From an uncultured Acidobacteriota bacterium (GTDB taxonomy: Bacteria; Acidobacteriota; Thermoanaerobaculia; Multivoradales; UBA5704): a stretch of 64,000 nucleotides of DNA. The notes beneath the pieces were generated by a model. That model was not told the origin of the DNA and made no database searches. It saw only the letters and a list, made by a program, of their open reading frames with translations. The stretch covers positions 256,001-320,000 of the forward strand of contig OY969474.1 in NCBI GenBank assembly GCA_963700145.1, given 5' to 3'. The position numbers and the translations under genes were made by a program. Shown here in pieces: positions 9,961 to 20,584 of the stretch (positions are counted from its first letter, which is position 1; each line of letters starts with the position of its first letter).

Positions 9961-10093
9961 GGGTGCATTTTACTGCCCGAGTTGTGCTAATCTCCGGCGC
10001 AATCTCGGGATTGATGCAGGTCCCGCGGAGGCGCTTGCCCGGCTCGACGGGTGCGCCTGCGCGGGTCCGCATACACCACGGATGGAGCTGTCG

Positions 10094-13000
10094 ATGAAAA
10101 CGATCGCACGCGTCGCCACCCTCGTCGCCCTCGCCCTTGCCGCCGGCGTCGCCCTGCCGAGCGCCGCGGTGGCCCAGGCGAACTTCTTCACCACCACGCC
10201 GTGCCGGCTGTTCGACAGCCGGACCACGGACGCGCCGGCCCTCTCGCACAACGTCCCGCGCCTGATCCAGGTGACGGATGCGCTCGGACCTAAGTGCGGC
10301 GTGCCGGCGAACGCCTCGGACGTGGCCTTGAACATGACGATCACGGCAGGGACGTCGGCCGGCGACGTGGTGCTTTACCCGGGCGACGAAGCGGCCCCGG
10401 CGCCCCCGCGGCCGGGCGCCTTTCCGTTCAAGGCCGGAGTCACGCGCAGCAAGGTGGACATCGTCGCCCTGGCCGGTGATCTCGACGGCGACATCAACGC
10501 GCTCGCGACGATGGACGGCGGGGTGGGGAATACGGTCCACCTGATCCTCGACGTCTTCGGCTACTTCGTAGACGAGGTGCCACCGGTGGCGGTAGACGAC
10601 AACTACGCCGCCGAGAAGGACACGACGCTCAACGTCAGCGCCGCCGCCGGGGTCACCAGCAACGACACGCTGAATGGAGCGTCGATCGTGAGCTACGGCG
10701 CGACCACCGGCGGCGAGCAGACGACGATCGGCGCGGCTACTCCGACCTCGGCGGGCGGTTCGATCGTGCTCAACGCCGACGGCAGCTTCAGTTACACGCC
10801 TCCCGCGGGCGCAGTCCTCATCGACGACACCTTCAAGTACATCCTCCAGAACCCTAGCGGTAGCTCGACGGCCACCGTGACCATCGGGGTGGGCAAGGCT
10901 TCTCAGACGATCAGCTTCACCTCCACCGCCCCCTCCGACGCGACCGTGGGTGGGGCGACCTACACGGTGACGGCGACCGCGACCTCGGGTCTGGCGGTGA
11001 CCTTCACCATCGACGCCTCGGCGAGCACGGTGTGCTCGATTTCCGGCTCGACAGTCTCGTTCATCGGCAACGGGACGTGCGTGATCGACGCCAACCAGGC
11101 CGGCGACGCCAACTACAACCCGGCGCCCCAGGTGCAGCAGTCGTTCGCGGTCAAGAGCGACCAGACGATCAGCTTTACCTCCACCGCCCCCTCCGACGCG
11201 ACCGTGGGTGGGGCGACCTACACGGTGACGGCGACCGCGACCTCGGGTCTGGCGGTGACCTTCACCATCGACGCCTCGGCGAGTACGGTGTGCTCGATTT
11301 CCGGCTCGACGGTCTCGTTCATCGGCAACGGGACGTGCGTGATCGACGCCAACCAGGCCGGCGACGCCAACTACTACGCGGCGCCGCAGGTGCAGCAGTC
11401 GTTCGCGGTCAAGACCGGGCAGACGATCAGCTTTACCTCCACCGCCCCCTCCGACGCGACCGTGGGTGGGGCGACCTACACGGTGACGGCGACCGCGACC
11501 TCGGGTCTGGCGGTGACCTTCACCATCGACGCCTCGGCGAGTACGGTGTGCTCGATTTCCGGCTCGACGGTCTCGTTCATCGGCAACGGGACGTGCGTGA
11601 TCGACGCCAACCAGGCCGGCGACGCGACCTACGCTCCGGCGCCGCAGGAGCAGCAGTCGTTCGCAGTCAAGAGCGACCAGACGATCAGCTTCACGTCCTC
11701 GCCGCCGGCCACCCCGACGGTGGGCGGGCCGACCTACAACGTGACGGCGACCGCGACCTCGGGTCTGGCGGTGACCTTCACCATCGACGCCTCGGCGAGC
11801 ACGGTGTGCTCGATTTCCGGCTCGACGGTCTCGTTCATCGGCAACGGGACGTGCGTGATCGACGCCAACCAGGCCGGCGACGCCAACTACTACGCGGCGC
11901 CGCAGGAGCAGCAGTCGTTCGCGGTCAAGACCGGGCAGACGATCAGCTTTACCTCCACCGCCCCCTCCGACGCGACCGTGGGTGGGGCGACCTACACGGT
12001 GACGGCGACCGCGACCTCGGGTCTGGCGGTGACCTTCACCATCGACGCCTCGGCGAGTACGGTGTGCTCGATTTCCGGCTCGACGGTCTCGTTCATCGGC
12101 AACGGGACGTGCGTGATCGACGCCAACCAGGCCGGCGACGCGACCTACGCTCCGGCGCCGCAGGAGCAGCAGTCGTTCACAGTCAAGAGCGACCAGACGA
12201 TCAGCTTTACCTCCACCGCCCCCTCCGACGCGACCGTGGGTGGGGCGACCTACACGGTGACGGCGACCGCGACCTCGGGTCTGGCGGTGACCTTCACCAT
12301 CGACGCCTCGGCGAGTACGGTGTGCTCGATTTCCGGCTCGACAGTCTCGTTCATCGGCAACGGGACGTGCGTGATCGACGCCAACCAGGCCGGCGACGCC
12401 AACTACTACGCGGCGCCGCAGGTGCAGCAGTCGTTCGCGGTCAAGAGCGACCAGACGATCAGCTTTACCTCCACCGCCCCCTCCGACGCGACCGTGGGTG
12501 GGGCGACCTACACGGTGACGGCGACCGCGACCTCGGGTCTGGCGGTGACCTTCACCATCGACGCCTCGGCGAGTACGGTGTGCTCGATTTCCGGCTCGAC
12601 GGTCTCGTTCATCGGCAACGGGACGTGCGTGATCGACGCCAACCAGGCCGGCGACGCCAACTACTACGCGGCGCCGCAGGTGCAGCAGTCGTTCCCGGTG
12701 GTCAAGCAGGATCAGACGATCAGCTTCACCTCGACGGCCCCGGCCGGGGCACAGGTGGGCGGCCCGACCTACAACGTCACGGCAACGGCGACCTCGGGGC
12801 TGACAGTGACGTTCACCATCGACGCCTCGGCGACCTCGGTGTGCTCGATCTCGGGCTCGACCGTGTCGTTTATCGGCGCCGGCACCTGCGTCATCAACGC
12901 CAACCAGGCCGGCGACGCCACCTACAACCCGGCGCCGCAGGTGCAGCAGTCGTTCCTTGTGGTCAAGCAGGACCAGACCATCACCTTCACCTCGACCCCG

Positions 13001-16000
13001 CCGGCCTTCGCGACGATCGGCGGCCCGACCTACAACGTGACAGCGACGGCGACCTCGGGGCTGACGGTGACGTTCACCATCGACGCCTCGGCGACCTCTG
13101 TGTGCTCGGTCTCGGGCTCGACGGTGTCGTTCACCGCCGGCGGCACCTGCCTCATCAACGCCAACCAGGCCGGCAACGGCACCTACAATCCGGCGCCGCA
13201 GGTGCAGCAGTCGGTCACCGTGAACTCCCCGCCGCAGCCCGTCGCCAGCCCGAAGGAGAGCTTCGACACCATCGGCAACACCCAGCTCGAATTCAAGGCC
13301 GCGAAGGCGCTGTCGCCGTCGGTATTCGTCAGCGGCAACCTCAAGGACAATTTCACCGACTCCGACGGGCCCAGCCCGTTGTCGGTAGTGCCGGTCACCG
13401 GTGGCGCCACCACCAACGGCGGCACCGTCGACATCGCGAGCAACGGCGAGTTCACGTTCACGCCCAAGGCCGGGGATACCGCGGCCTCCGACAGCTTCGG
13501 CTACCAGGTCACCGACGGCGCGTACACGATCAACCGCACGGTGACGGTCAACCGCAAGGAGCGCGTCTGGTACGTGAAGAACAACGCGACGGCCGGAGGT
13601 CTGGGCCGATCCAACGATCCGTTCGACACGCTCGCCGAGGCGCAGACGGCCTCGCTCGCCAACGACTACATCTTCGTCTACTTCGGCGACGGCACGAGCA
13701 CTGGGCAGGCTGCCGGCATCGCGCTCAAGGGCGGCCAGCACCTGATCGGCGAGCACGCGGGGCTGAGCGTGCCGATCACCGGGACGTTCAATGGTGCCTC
13801 GAACCCCACCATTAACCTGGTGACCGCGGTTCCCGGAAATCAGCCTTTGATCGCTCACAGCGGTGCCGGTAACAACGCGGTCTCGGCGACCGACGTGGTC
13901 CCGAGCGAGATCGTCGGCCTGAGCCTCTCGGGCGGCGCCAACGCCATCGACTGGGCGACCGCGGCCGCTATCAGTGCCTCCGGGACGCTCACCATTCGGG
14001 ACAACGTTGTGACCAGCGCCGGAGCCGAGGGCGTCGACATCCTCCTGGCCGGAACCGGTGCGACGAATCTCGCCTTCCACGACAACAACCTGACGGCGAC
14101 CGGCACGGCGCTCGACGTCGCAGAGACGGGCTCCGGTTCCTTGACGATCACCGCCTTCCACGACAACGTCGTCACCGGAAACTCGACGGGCGCCGGCATC
14201 AACATCGTCACGGCGCTCTTCGACGCCACGCCTGGCGGCGGGGTCAACCCTGTGCCCGGCGGCACGACTGTGATTGGTGATCCGGGCAATCGTATCGATG
14301 GCGCCGGCCTGACCCTGACCAGCGTCACGGGCACGCTGACCTTCGCCAATCTGGCGTCCGGCGCCATCCTCGCCGGTGACCTCGACATCTTCAGTAACAG
14401 CGGCCCTGCGCTGAGCGTCGGCGGCGGCGTGGGTGGCTTCACCTTCGACGTCACCACGAACGCCGGCGTGTTGGTGGCCAACGCCGGGCCGGCGGCGGTC
14501 ATCTCCGGCGCCGCTGTGAATCTGCAGCTCAACTCACTCACCAGCAGCAACAGCGCGTCGACCGGCGTCTCGCTGACCAACGTCACGGGCACGTTCTCGG
14601 CGCCGTCCGGAAGCGCTATCACCAACGCCGGCGACGCCGAATTCTCCGTTGCGTCGAGCAGCGCGACGGTCAGCTACGCCGGCTCGATCAGCGACACCTC
14701 GGGCAACGATGCCGGAGTCTCGCTGACGAGCAATACCGGCACCATCAGCTTCACCGGCGACATCGACCTCTCGACCGGCTCCAGCACCGCCTTCAATGCC
14801 ACCGGCGGCGGCACCGTGACGGCGACCAACACCGACAGCACGCTCGCGACGACGACCGGCACGGCGCTCAACGTGACCAGTACCCAGATCGGCGCTGGCG
14901 GCCTCATCTTCAAGAGCATCTCAGCCAACGGCGCCGCGAAGGGCATCATCCTCAACAGCACCGGCACCGCCGCCGGCAACGGCGGCCTCAGCGTCACCGG
15001 CACCGGGACCACCGACGGCTCGGGAGGCACCATCCAGAACATCAGTGCTCGCGGCGGTGAGTTCATCACCACCAAGGCCCTCTCTCTGAAGAACATCAAC
15101 TTCACGAACGCCAACACCTCGAACGGTGGCACCTGCACCGACCTTTCCACGGCCGGCTGCAATGCCGCGATCTATCTCAGCGGGGTCACCACCGTCACCC
15201 TCGACAACATCAACGTCACTGGCACAACCGCCCAGGAGGCCATCAACGGCCTCAACGTCAGCACCTTCACGCTCAGCAACAGCACCCTTGCCAACTGCGG
15301 AACCTCGGGGGCCGTCGAAGAGGGCTGCATCAAGATGAGGGAGCTCACCGGGACGTGCTCCATCACTGGCTCCGACCTCTCCTTCCCGGGCCAGGATGTC
15401 GTGGAGATCGTGAATACCGCGGGTCCAACTCTGACTCTCAACGTGAACAACTCCACGTTCCGCGACAGCCAGTCCTCCGGCACCGGCGGCAACGGCCTCC
15501 AGGCAAGAAGCCAAGGCACTGCGAGCATGGTCCTCAACGTGACCAGCAGCTCTTTCCTCAGGCTGCGCACGAACGGTCTGCAGGCGACCGCGATCAACAG
15601 CGCCAGCAACGACGTCGACGTGACCACCAGCACGTTCGACCCGGACACCGGAATCGGCATCGGTCTGGACCTCGACGCCGACAACACCGGGAACCTGGTG
15701 TTCAACGTCCAGAACAACACCAAGATCTACTCCCGCAACGGGCCGGCGGTGAACGTCTTCGGCGACACCAACGCCACGATCAACGGGCGCATCAACAACA
15801 ACCCTGACGTCCAGGTGAAGACCAACGTCGGCAGCAACGTCGGCTCTGGAATCCGCGCCAATATCAACAAAGACGCCACCGCCAAGATCGAGGTCAAGAA
15901 CAATGTCGTCAACGTCGGCTCGGACGATGCCGGGATCGACCTCTCGGGCATCGGCAAGACGACGGCCAACCCAGGCGGCGCCACCAATACTCTCGACGCT

Positions 16001-16336
16001 ACGGTGACCGGCAACAACGTGACCATCGGCGCCACGTCGACCTATGGCATCATCATCCTCTCGGCAACCAATGCGAGCGACACGAACGCGATTTGCGCCA
16101 ACGTGGGAACCAATGCGATCACACGGAATCCTTCGTCCATCGCATCCTTCCGGGCGCGAGTACCCAGTGCCAGCGGCTTCTTCAGAATGGAGGGGTTCGT
16201 CACCAACGCTGAAGCCACCTGGAACGCCAAGGGCAACACGCCGGTGAGCGCCGGCGGCAGCGAGGTCAGCTTCGGCGGCAGCGGTACGTTCGCCGCATGC
16301 ACTGCGGCGTTGCCGACTAATCCAGGTCCGAACTAG
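10094..16336 (+). CDS. Giant secreted surface protein/adhesin with nine Ig-like repeats, cadherin-like domains and beta-helix-like C-terminus
   Basis: Signal peptide MKTIARVATLVALALAAG; PVAVDDNY/NADGSFSYTP Ig motifs; Thr/Gly/Asn-rich C-terminal half. Confidence 0.85.
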   Translation: MKTIARVATLVALALAAGVALPSAAVAQANFFTTTPCRLFDSRTTDAPALSHNVPRLIQVTDALGPKCGVPANASDVALNMTITAGTSAGDVVLYPGDEAAPAPPRPGAFPFKAGVTRSKVDIVALAGDLDGDINALATMDGGVGNTVHLILDVFGYFVDEVPPVAVDDNYAAEKDTTLNVSAAAGVTSNDTLNGASIVSYGATTGGEQTTIGAATPTSAGGSIVLNADGSFSYTPPAGAVLIDDTFKYILQNPSGSSTATVTIGVGKASQTISFTSTAPSDATVGGATYTVTATATSGLAVTFTIDASASTVCSISGSTVSFIGNGTCVIDANQAGDANYNPAPQVQQSFAVKSDQTISFTSTAPSDATVGGATYTVTATATSGLAVTFTIDASASTVCSISGSTVSFIGNGTCVIDANQAGDANYYAAPQVQQSFAVKTGQTISFTSTAPSDATVGGATYTVTATATSGLAVTFTIDASASTVCSISGSTVSFIGNGTCVIDANQAGDATYAPAPQEQQSFAVKSDQTISFTSSPPATPTVGGPTYNVTATATSGLAVTFTIDASASTVCSISGSTVSFIGNGTCVIDANQAGDANYYAAPQEQQSFAVKTGQTISFTSTAPSDATVGGATYTVTATATSGLAVTFTIDASASTVCSISGSTVSFIGNGTCVIDANQAGDATYAPAPQEQQSFTVKSDQTISFTSTAPSDATVGGATYTVTATATSGLAVTFTIDASASTVCSISGSTVSFIGNGTCVIDANQAGDANYYAAPQVQQSFAVKSDQTISFTSTAPSDATVGGATYTVTATATSGLAVTFTIDASASTVCSISGSTVSFIGNGTCVIDANQAGDANYYAAPQVQQSFPVVKQDQTISFTSTAPAGAQVGGPTYNVTATATSGLTVTFTIDASATSVCSISGSTVSFIGAGTCVINANQAGDATYNPAPQVQQSFLVVKQDQTITFTSTPPAFATIGGPTYNVTATATSGLTVTFTIDASATSVCSVSGSTVSFTAGGTCLINANQAGNGTYNPAPQVQQSVTVNSPPQPVASPKESFDTIGNTQLEFKAAKALSPSVFVSGNLKDNFTDSDGPSPLSVVPVTGGATTNGGTVDIASNGEFTFTPKAGDTAASDSFGYQVTDGAYTINRTVTVNRKERVWYVKNNATAGGLGRSNDPFDTLAEAQTASLANDYIFVYFGDGTSTGQAAGIALKGGQHLIGEHAGLSVPITGTFNGASNPTINLVTAVPGNQPLIAHSGAGNNAVSATDVVPSEIVGLSLSGGANAIDWATAAAISASGTLTIRDNVVTSAGAEGVDILLAGTGATNLAFHDNNLTATGTALDVAETGSGSLTITAFHDNVVTGNSTGAGINIVTALFDATPGGGVNPVPGGTTVIGDPGNRIDGAGLTLTSVTGTLTFANLASGAILAGDLDIFSNSGPALSVGGGVGGFTFDVTTNAGVLVANAGPAAVISGAAVNLQLNSLTSSNSASTGVSLTNVTGTFSAPSGSAITNAGDAEFSVASSSATVSYAGSISDTSGNDAGVSLTSNTGTISFTGDIDLSTGSSTAFNATGGGTVTATNTDSTLATTTGTALNVTSTQIGAGGLIFKSISANGAAKGIILNSTGTAAGNGGLSVTGTGTTDGSGGTIQNISARGGEFITTKALSLKNINFTNANTSNGGTCTDLSTAGCNAAIYLSGVTTVTLDNINVTGTTAQEAINGLNVSTFTLSNSTLANCGTSGAVEEGCIKMRELTGTCSITGSDLSFPGQDVVEIVNTAGPTLTLNVNNSTFRDSQSSGTGGNGLQARSQGTASMVLNVTSSSFLRLRTNGLQATAINSASNDVDVTTSTFDPDTGIGIGLDLDADNTGNLVFNVQNNTKIYSRNGPAVNVFGDTNATINGRINNNPDVQVKTNVGSNVGSGIRANINKDATAKIEVKNNVVNVGSDDAGIDLSGIGKTTANPGGATNTLDATVTGNNVTIGATSTYGIIILSATNASDTNAICANVGTNAITRNPSSIASFRARVPSASGFFRMEGFVTNAEATWNAKGNTPVSAGGSEVSFGGSGTFAACTAALPTNPGPN
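10902..13222 (+). repeat. Nine intragenic ~258-bp (86-aa) repeats
   Basis: QTISFTST...VCSISG...GTCVIDANQAG...APQVQQSF repeated, several copies near-identical at DNA level. Confidence 0.97.
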
Positions 16337-16347
16337 GGAGGGCAGAG

Positions 16348-16860
16348 ATGGCTGAGCCGTTTCTCTCGGAAGTCAGGATCATGAGTTTCGTCTTCGCACC
16401 CAAGGGGTGGGCGCTGTGCAATGGACAACTCCTCCCCATCAATCAGAATCAGGCACTCTTCTCCCTGCTGGGTACGACCTTCGGCGGCGATGGGCGCGTC
16501 AACTTCGCGCTCCCCGATCTCCGGGGACGCGTGCCGATCCACGTCGGCAGCGGTCACACGCTCGGCGAGAGAGGGGGTGAACAGGCGCACACGCTTTCGA
16601 TTGCTGAGCTACCGACCCACACTCACGTTCTGAACGCGAGCTCGACGGCTGCCAACGCCAGCCCTCCCAGTCCACAGAACGCAACCATTCTCGCTGACAG
16701 CGCGCCGGGCCAGGCCTATGGCTCGCCAACGAGCCTGGCCGCCATGGGCGCTGCCAGTATCACCAACACTGGCGGCTCTCAGGCGCACCTGAACATGCAA
16801 CCGTTCCTCACGCTGTCGCTCTGTATCGCGTTGCAGGGAATCTTCCCGAGCCCGACCTAG
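16348..16860 (+). CDS. Phage tail-collar domain protein (MdpB-like) 1
   Basis: EVRIMSFVFAPKGWALCNGQLL...FALPDLRGR...HLNMQPFL...IALQGIFP. Confidence 0.92.
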   Translation: MAEPFLSEVRIMSFVFAPKGWALCNGQLLPINQNQALFSLLGTTFGGDGRVNFALPDLRGRVPIHVGSGHTLGERGGEQAHTLSIAELPTHTHVLNASSTAANASPPSPQNATILADSAPGQAYGSPTSLAAMGAASITNTGGSQAHLNMQPFLTLSLCIALQGIFPSPT

Positions 16861-16870
16861 GAGGAGAGAG

Positions 16871-17374
16871 ATGGCGCAACCTTACGTTGGCGAGATTCGG
16901 ATGTTCGCCGGCAACTTCGCGCCGGCGGGGTGGATGTTCTGCGAGGGGCAGCTCCTGCCGATCAGCGAGAACGAGACGCTGTTCCAGCTCATCGGCACGA
17001 CGTACGGCGGTGACGGGGAGTCGACGTTCGCCCTGCCGGACCTGCGGGGAAGGATCCCGATCCACCAAGGCAACGGCTTCATCCTCGCGGAGACCGGCGG
17101 CGCGGAGGAAATCACCCTGACGGTGAACCAGATTCCCGCCCACAGCCATCCGCTCCTGTGCACGGCGTCACCAGGTACGTCGGCCGCTCCACAGAACGGC
17201 GTCCTTGCAAAGACGACCACCGGGTTTTTGTACATCAACGAGAACCCGACGGACAACATGGCAGCGACGGCGGTTTCGCCGGTTGGGGGCAGCCAGCCTC
17301 ATACCAACTTTCAACCGTATCTCTGCGTCGACTTCATCATCTCCCTGTTCGGGATCTTCCCGAGCCCGACCTAG
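16871..17374 (+). CDS. Phage tail-collar domain protein (MdpB-like) 2
   Basis: GEIRMFAGNFAPAGWMFCEGQ...FALPDLRGR...HTNFQPYL. Confidence 0.92.
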   Translation: MAQPYVGEIRMFAGNFAPAGWMFCEGQLLPISENETLFQLIGTTYGGDGESTFALPDLRGRIPIHQGNGFILAETGGAEEITLTVNQIPAHSHPLLCTASPGTSAAPQNGVLAKTTTGFLYINENPTDNMAATAVSPVGGSQPHTNFQPYLCVDFIISLFGIFPSPT

Positions 17375-17428
17375 AGTCGTGCGAGATGCGCCTGATTGCA
17401 TTCATGAGACCTCTAGGAGGAGGCTGAC

Positions 17429-17953
17429 ATGGCAGACCCGTTTGTCGCCGAGATTCGGATTTTCCCCTTCAACTTCGCACCCAGGGGCTGGGCGTGGTGC
17501 GACGGCCAGTTGATGCCGCTCTCTCAGAATACGGCTCTGTTCTCTCTGCTCGGCACTACCTACGGGGGGAACGGGAAGTCGAACTTCGCGCTGCCCGACT
17601 TGCAAGGGCGCGCGCCGATGCATCCGGGCCAGGGTCCGGGGCTGTCTCTCCACGATCTTGGCGAGACCGGCGGCTCTGAAACGGTCACGCTGCTGGAATC
17701 GGAGATTCCTGCACACGCGCACACGTTGCGGGGTGATCGCAATGTTTCGGAGACTCCAGACCCGGCTTCCAATACACTGGGGAGAGGCTCGAGCATCAAC
17801 GCCTACCAGAGTGTGGTTAACCAGAACCTGGTCTCCATGGCTCCCGAAGCCCTTGCCCCCGCCGGCGGCGACCAGCCGCACAACAACCTGCAGCCGTACC
17901 TGACGTTCTACTTCTGCATCGCCCTCCAGGGCGTCTTCCCGCCCCGCGGTTAA
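17429..17953 (+). CDS. Phage tail-collar domain protein (MdpB-like) 3
   Basis: AEIRIFPFNFAPRGWAWCDGQ...FALPDLQGR...HNNLQPYL. Confidence 0.92.
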   Translation: MADPFVAEIRIFPFNFAPRGWAWCDGQLMPLSQNTALFSLLGTTYGGNGKSNFALPDLQGRAPMHPGQGPGLSLHDLGETGGSETVTLLESEIPAHAHTLRGDRNVSETPDPASNTLGRGSSINAYQSVVNQNLVSMAPEALAPAGGDQPHNNLQPYLTFYFCIALQGVFPPRG

Positions 17954-18047
17954 CCAGGACGGCGCCGCCGCAGCTCGCTCGCGAGCTCCGGCCGGCGTCT
18001 CTTTGCCGCACGTTTCGGTGTTTGCGCTCTTGCCGCGCTGCGCCTAG

Positions 18048-19316
18048 CAGGCTGCTGAAAAACCCCGGTTCGCGCTACCCTTGCAGGCCATGCGAGGGAA
18101 AGCGCGCGAGCAGAGGACGTTGTTGATGGTGGGGTCGTTGGAGGAGCGGATTCCGGCGGCGCATCCGATCCGGCGGATCAAGGGGCTGGCCGACCGGGCT
18201 CTCGGGCAGTTGAGTGAGGTGTTTGCGGTGATGTACGCCGAGACGGGGCGGCCGTCGGTGCCGCCGGAGCGGCTGCTCAAGGCGCAGCTGCTGATCGCGC
18301 TGTTTTCGGTGCGGAGCGACCGGCAGTTTTGCGAGCAGCTCGAGTACAACCTGCTGTTTCGCTGGTTTTTGGATCTGGAGCTCGACGAGCCGTCGTTTGA
18401 CGCGAGCACGTTTTCACGCAACCGGGAGCGGCTGATCCGGCACGAGGTGGCCGAGCGGTTTTTGGCGGCGATCGTGGCTGAGGCGAGCGTGCAGCGGCTG
18501 CTGTCGAGCGAGCACTTCTCGGTGGATGGGACGCTGATCGAGGCCTGGGCGTCGATGAAGAGCTTCCGGCGCAAGGACGGGCCGCCGGGCGGAGACGCCA
18601 ACGGCTGGAGCGATTTCACGGGGACGAAGCGGAGCAACGAGACGCACGCCTCGACGACCGACCCGGAAGCGCGCCTGGCCCGCAAGGGGGATGGGCACGA
18701 GGCGAAGCTCTCGTTTTCCGGCCACGCTCTGATGGAGAACCGCAACGGATTGTTGGTGGACTTCGCGGTGGCCCAGGCCGATGGGTTCGCCGAGCGCCGC
18801 GAAGCTCTGGGTCTGCTCGCGCAGCTCAAAGGCTCGCGGCGCAAGACGGTGGGCGCCGATAAGAGCTACGACACCAAGGGCTTCGTGGCTGCCTGCCGAG
18901 AGCTCGGCGTCCCCCCCCACGTCACCCAGAATGCCCACCGGCGCAGGCGCTCGGCAATCGACCGGCGAACAACGCGCCGTCCCGGCTACCGGATCAGTCA
19001 GGTCGTACGGCGGCGAATCGAGACGATCTTCGGCTGGCTCAAGACCTGCGCAGGGCTGCACCGGACCAGGGTCCGAGGCGTGGCGAGGACGCAGCTGGCC
19101 GCCCGCCTCGCCGCCGCAGCGTACAACCTGCTCCGATTAAGTCGCCTGCTCGTGCCGGCATAGCCCAAAAGGTCCTGCCCAGCAAAACCAGCGGCGCTCA
19201 AACGCGCCCACAAGGCGCCTGTTGCCCTCCCCTTCCACCCGCGCACGCGACATCGCCCGCTCCCAGATCGCTGTCAGCCTCGCACCCGCCGTTGAAGGCC
19301 GTTTCTCAGCGGCCTG
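18048..19316 (+). mobile_element. IS5/IS1182-like insertion sequence
   Basis: Terminal IRs caggctgctgaaaaac / gtttctcagcggcctg (14 of 16 match), flanked by CTAG direct repeats at 18044-18047 and 19317-19320. Confidence 0.92.
18090..19163 (+). CDS. IS5-family DDE transposase
   Basis: GRPSVPPERLLKA, YNLLFRWFL, SVDGTLIEAWAS, ADKSYD, RRRIETIFGWLK. Confidence 0.93.
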   Translation: MRGKAREQRTLLMVGSLEERIPAAHPIRRIKGLADRALGQLSEVFAVMYAETGRPSVPPERLLKAQLLIALFSVRSDRQFCEQLEYNLLFRWFLDLELDEPSFDASTFSRNRERLIRHEVAERFLAAIVAEASVQRLLSSEHFSVDGTLIEAWASMKSFRRKDGPPGGDANGWSDFTGTKRSNETHASTTDPEARLARKGDGHEAKLSFSGHALMENRNGLLVDFAVAQADGFAERREALGLLAQLKGSRRKTVGADKSYDTKGFVAACRELGVPPHVTQNAHRRRRSAIDRRTTRRPGYRISQVVRRRIETIFGWLKTCAGLHRTRVRGVARTQLAARLAAAAYNLLRLSRLLVPA

Positions 19317-19429
19317 CTAGAGCGGCGAGCGCTCGCTCAAGGCAGCAGCGGCTCGGCGAGGCGGATGGACTGATCCAGCTCTGCGAACATCCGCTCCGCC
19401 TCCTGGGTGGTGAAGACTCGGCGGCCCAA

Positions 19430-19600
19430 GCGGGAAGCTTCCCTTCCGGCCGGGGAAGCTTCCCGCTGGAAAAGCGAGGCACTCCTCTTGGTTGGGGAAG
19501 CTTGCCTTTTGAAAAGCGAAGCTTTCCTTTCGGATGGCGAAGCTTCCCTCTTGAAAGGCGAAGCTTCCCCCGCCGCCGGGGAGCCTTCCCCGCTGCGCGG
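19430..19600. repeat. 21-bp-period array with palindromic AAGCTT core
   Basis: aagctt or a variant at 19435, 19456, 19477, 19498, 19519, 19540, 19561, 19582. Confidence 0.88.
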
Positions 19601-19834
19601 CGGGGGTTCCGCCCTCTTTGCCTCGCCCGCGCCGGCGCCGGCGTCAGAACCTACTCCGGCGGCCACGAAGTAGGAGGAGCGTAGCGCGGGGGGCGGCGAC
19701 GCCCCCGGCCTCGCGAGACCTGGAGACAACCGGCCGGGACCACGGCGCGCAAGCCAATAGATGATGCGTAGCGAAAGATATGGACGAGGCGTTGTTGACT
19801 TGACGTTCTTGGTTCCTCTAGCGTCGCAACCCTC

Positions 19835-20584
19835 TTGAGCCTCCAGCTCCGCCGCCGCGACGTCGTCGCCTTCGGCTCGCTCGCCCTCCTCTCGCCGTGG
19901 GTGGGAGGGATCGCGCGCGCCGAGGAGGCGCTCTTCGGCGCCGCGGCCGCGGGCGTCCGGCTCGCCTCGCTCGGCTACATCGAGGAGACCGAGGGGCTCG
20001 GCAACCTGCGCAAGCTGCCGCGCGCCGTGCGCAACCCAGCCGCCGCGCGGCTGGCGGACGGCGCCGGCACCGTCGTGCCGGCCCACACCCTGCCGCTCGG
20101 CGACACGGAGCTCATCGGCCGGCCGCTGCGGCTCACCGTTCACGGCCTCTATCCCGGGGGGGCGCTGCGCGGCGCGGCGCGCCGCATACTCCCGCTCGCG
20201 GTGGACTTCGACGTCCTCTTCCCGGCCCCCGAGCCGGCGGTCTCCGAGGCACCCGTCCCCTACTACGCCTGGAGCTTCCGCCGCCGTCCCGGCTGGAACC
20301 CCAGCCCGCCGGTCTCCTTCGTTTTCCCGGTCGATTGGTCCGTGTTCCCGGAGCTGGCGGTGCGGGTCACCCCTGCCAACGGGGGCGCGCCGATGGTGAT
20401 GCGCGTCCGCTTCACGCTCGACGACGAGAGCGGCCTGCCGCGGCTGCGCCGCGGCGTCTATCTCGTCGGGCTCGTCCCCGACGCCTGGCGGAGCGGCATG
20501 GACCTCGCCGAGCTGGCCGCCACGGCGCCGGCCTCCCGCCTCTCGCTCCTCCTCTCGATCGATTCGGAGCCGCTCGCCGAGTGA
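19835..20584 (+). CDS. Hypothetical exported protein with twin-arginine-like signal
   Basis: LRRRDVVAFGSLALL...ARA N-terminus; stop overlaps the GNAT start (GTGA). Confidence 0.65.
   Translation: MSLQLRRRDVVAFGSLALLSPWVGGIARAEEALFGAAAAGVRLASLGYIEETEGLGNLRKLPRAVRNPAAARLADGAGTVVPAHTLPLGDTELIGRPLRLTVHGLYPGGALRGAARRILPLAVDFDVLFPAPEPAVSEAPVPYYAWSFRRRPGWNPSPPVSFVFPVDWSVFPELAVRVTPANGGAPMVMRVRFTLDDESGLPRLRRGVYLVGLVPDAWRSGMDLAELAATAPASRLSLLLSIDSEPLAE

Noticed and set aside
9953-14161. 1402-aa antisense ORF and 927-aa alternate-frame ORF with repeats
   Set aside because: Shadow frames of the GC-rich adhesin repeats
76-17953. Prophage or tailocin
   Set aside because: No capsid, terminase, integrase, sheath, tube, baseplate or lysis genes; the fibre-like proteins have signal peptides
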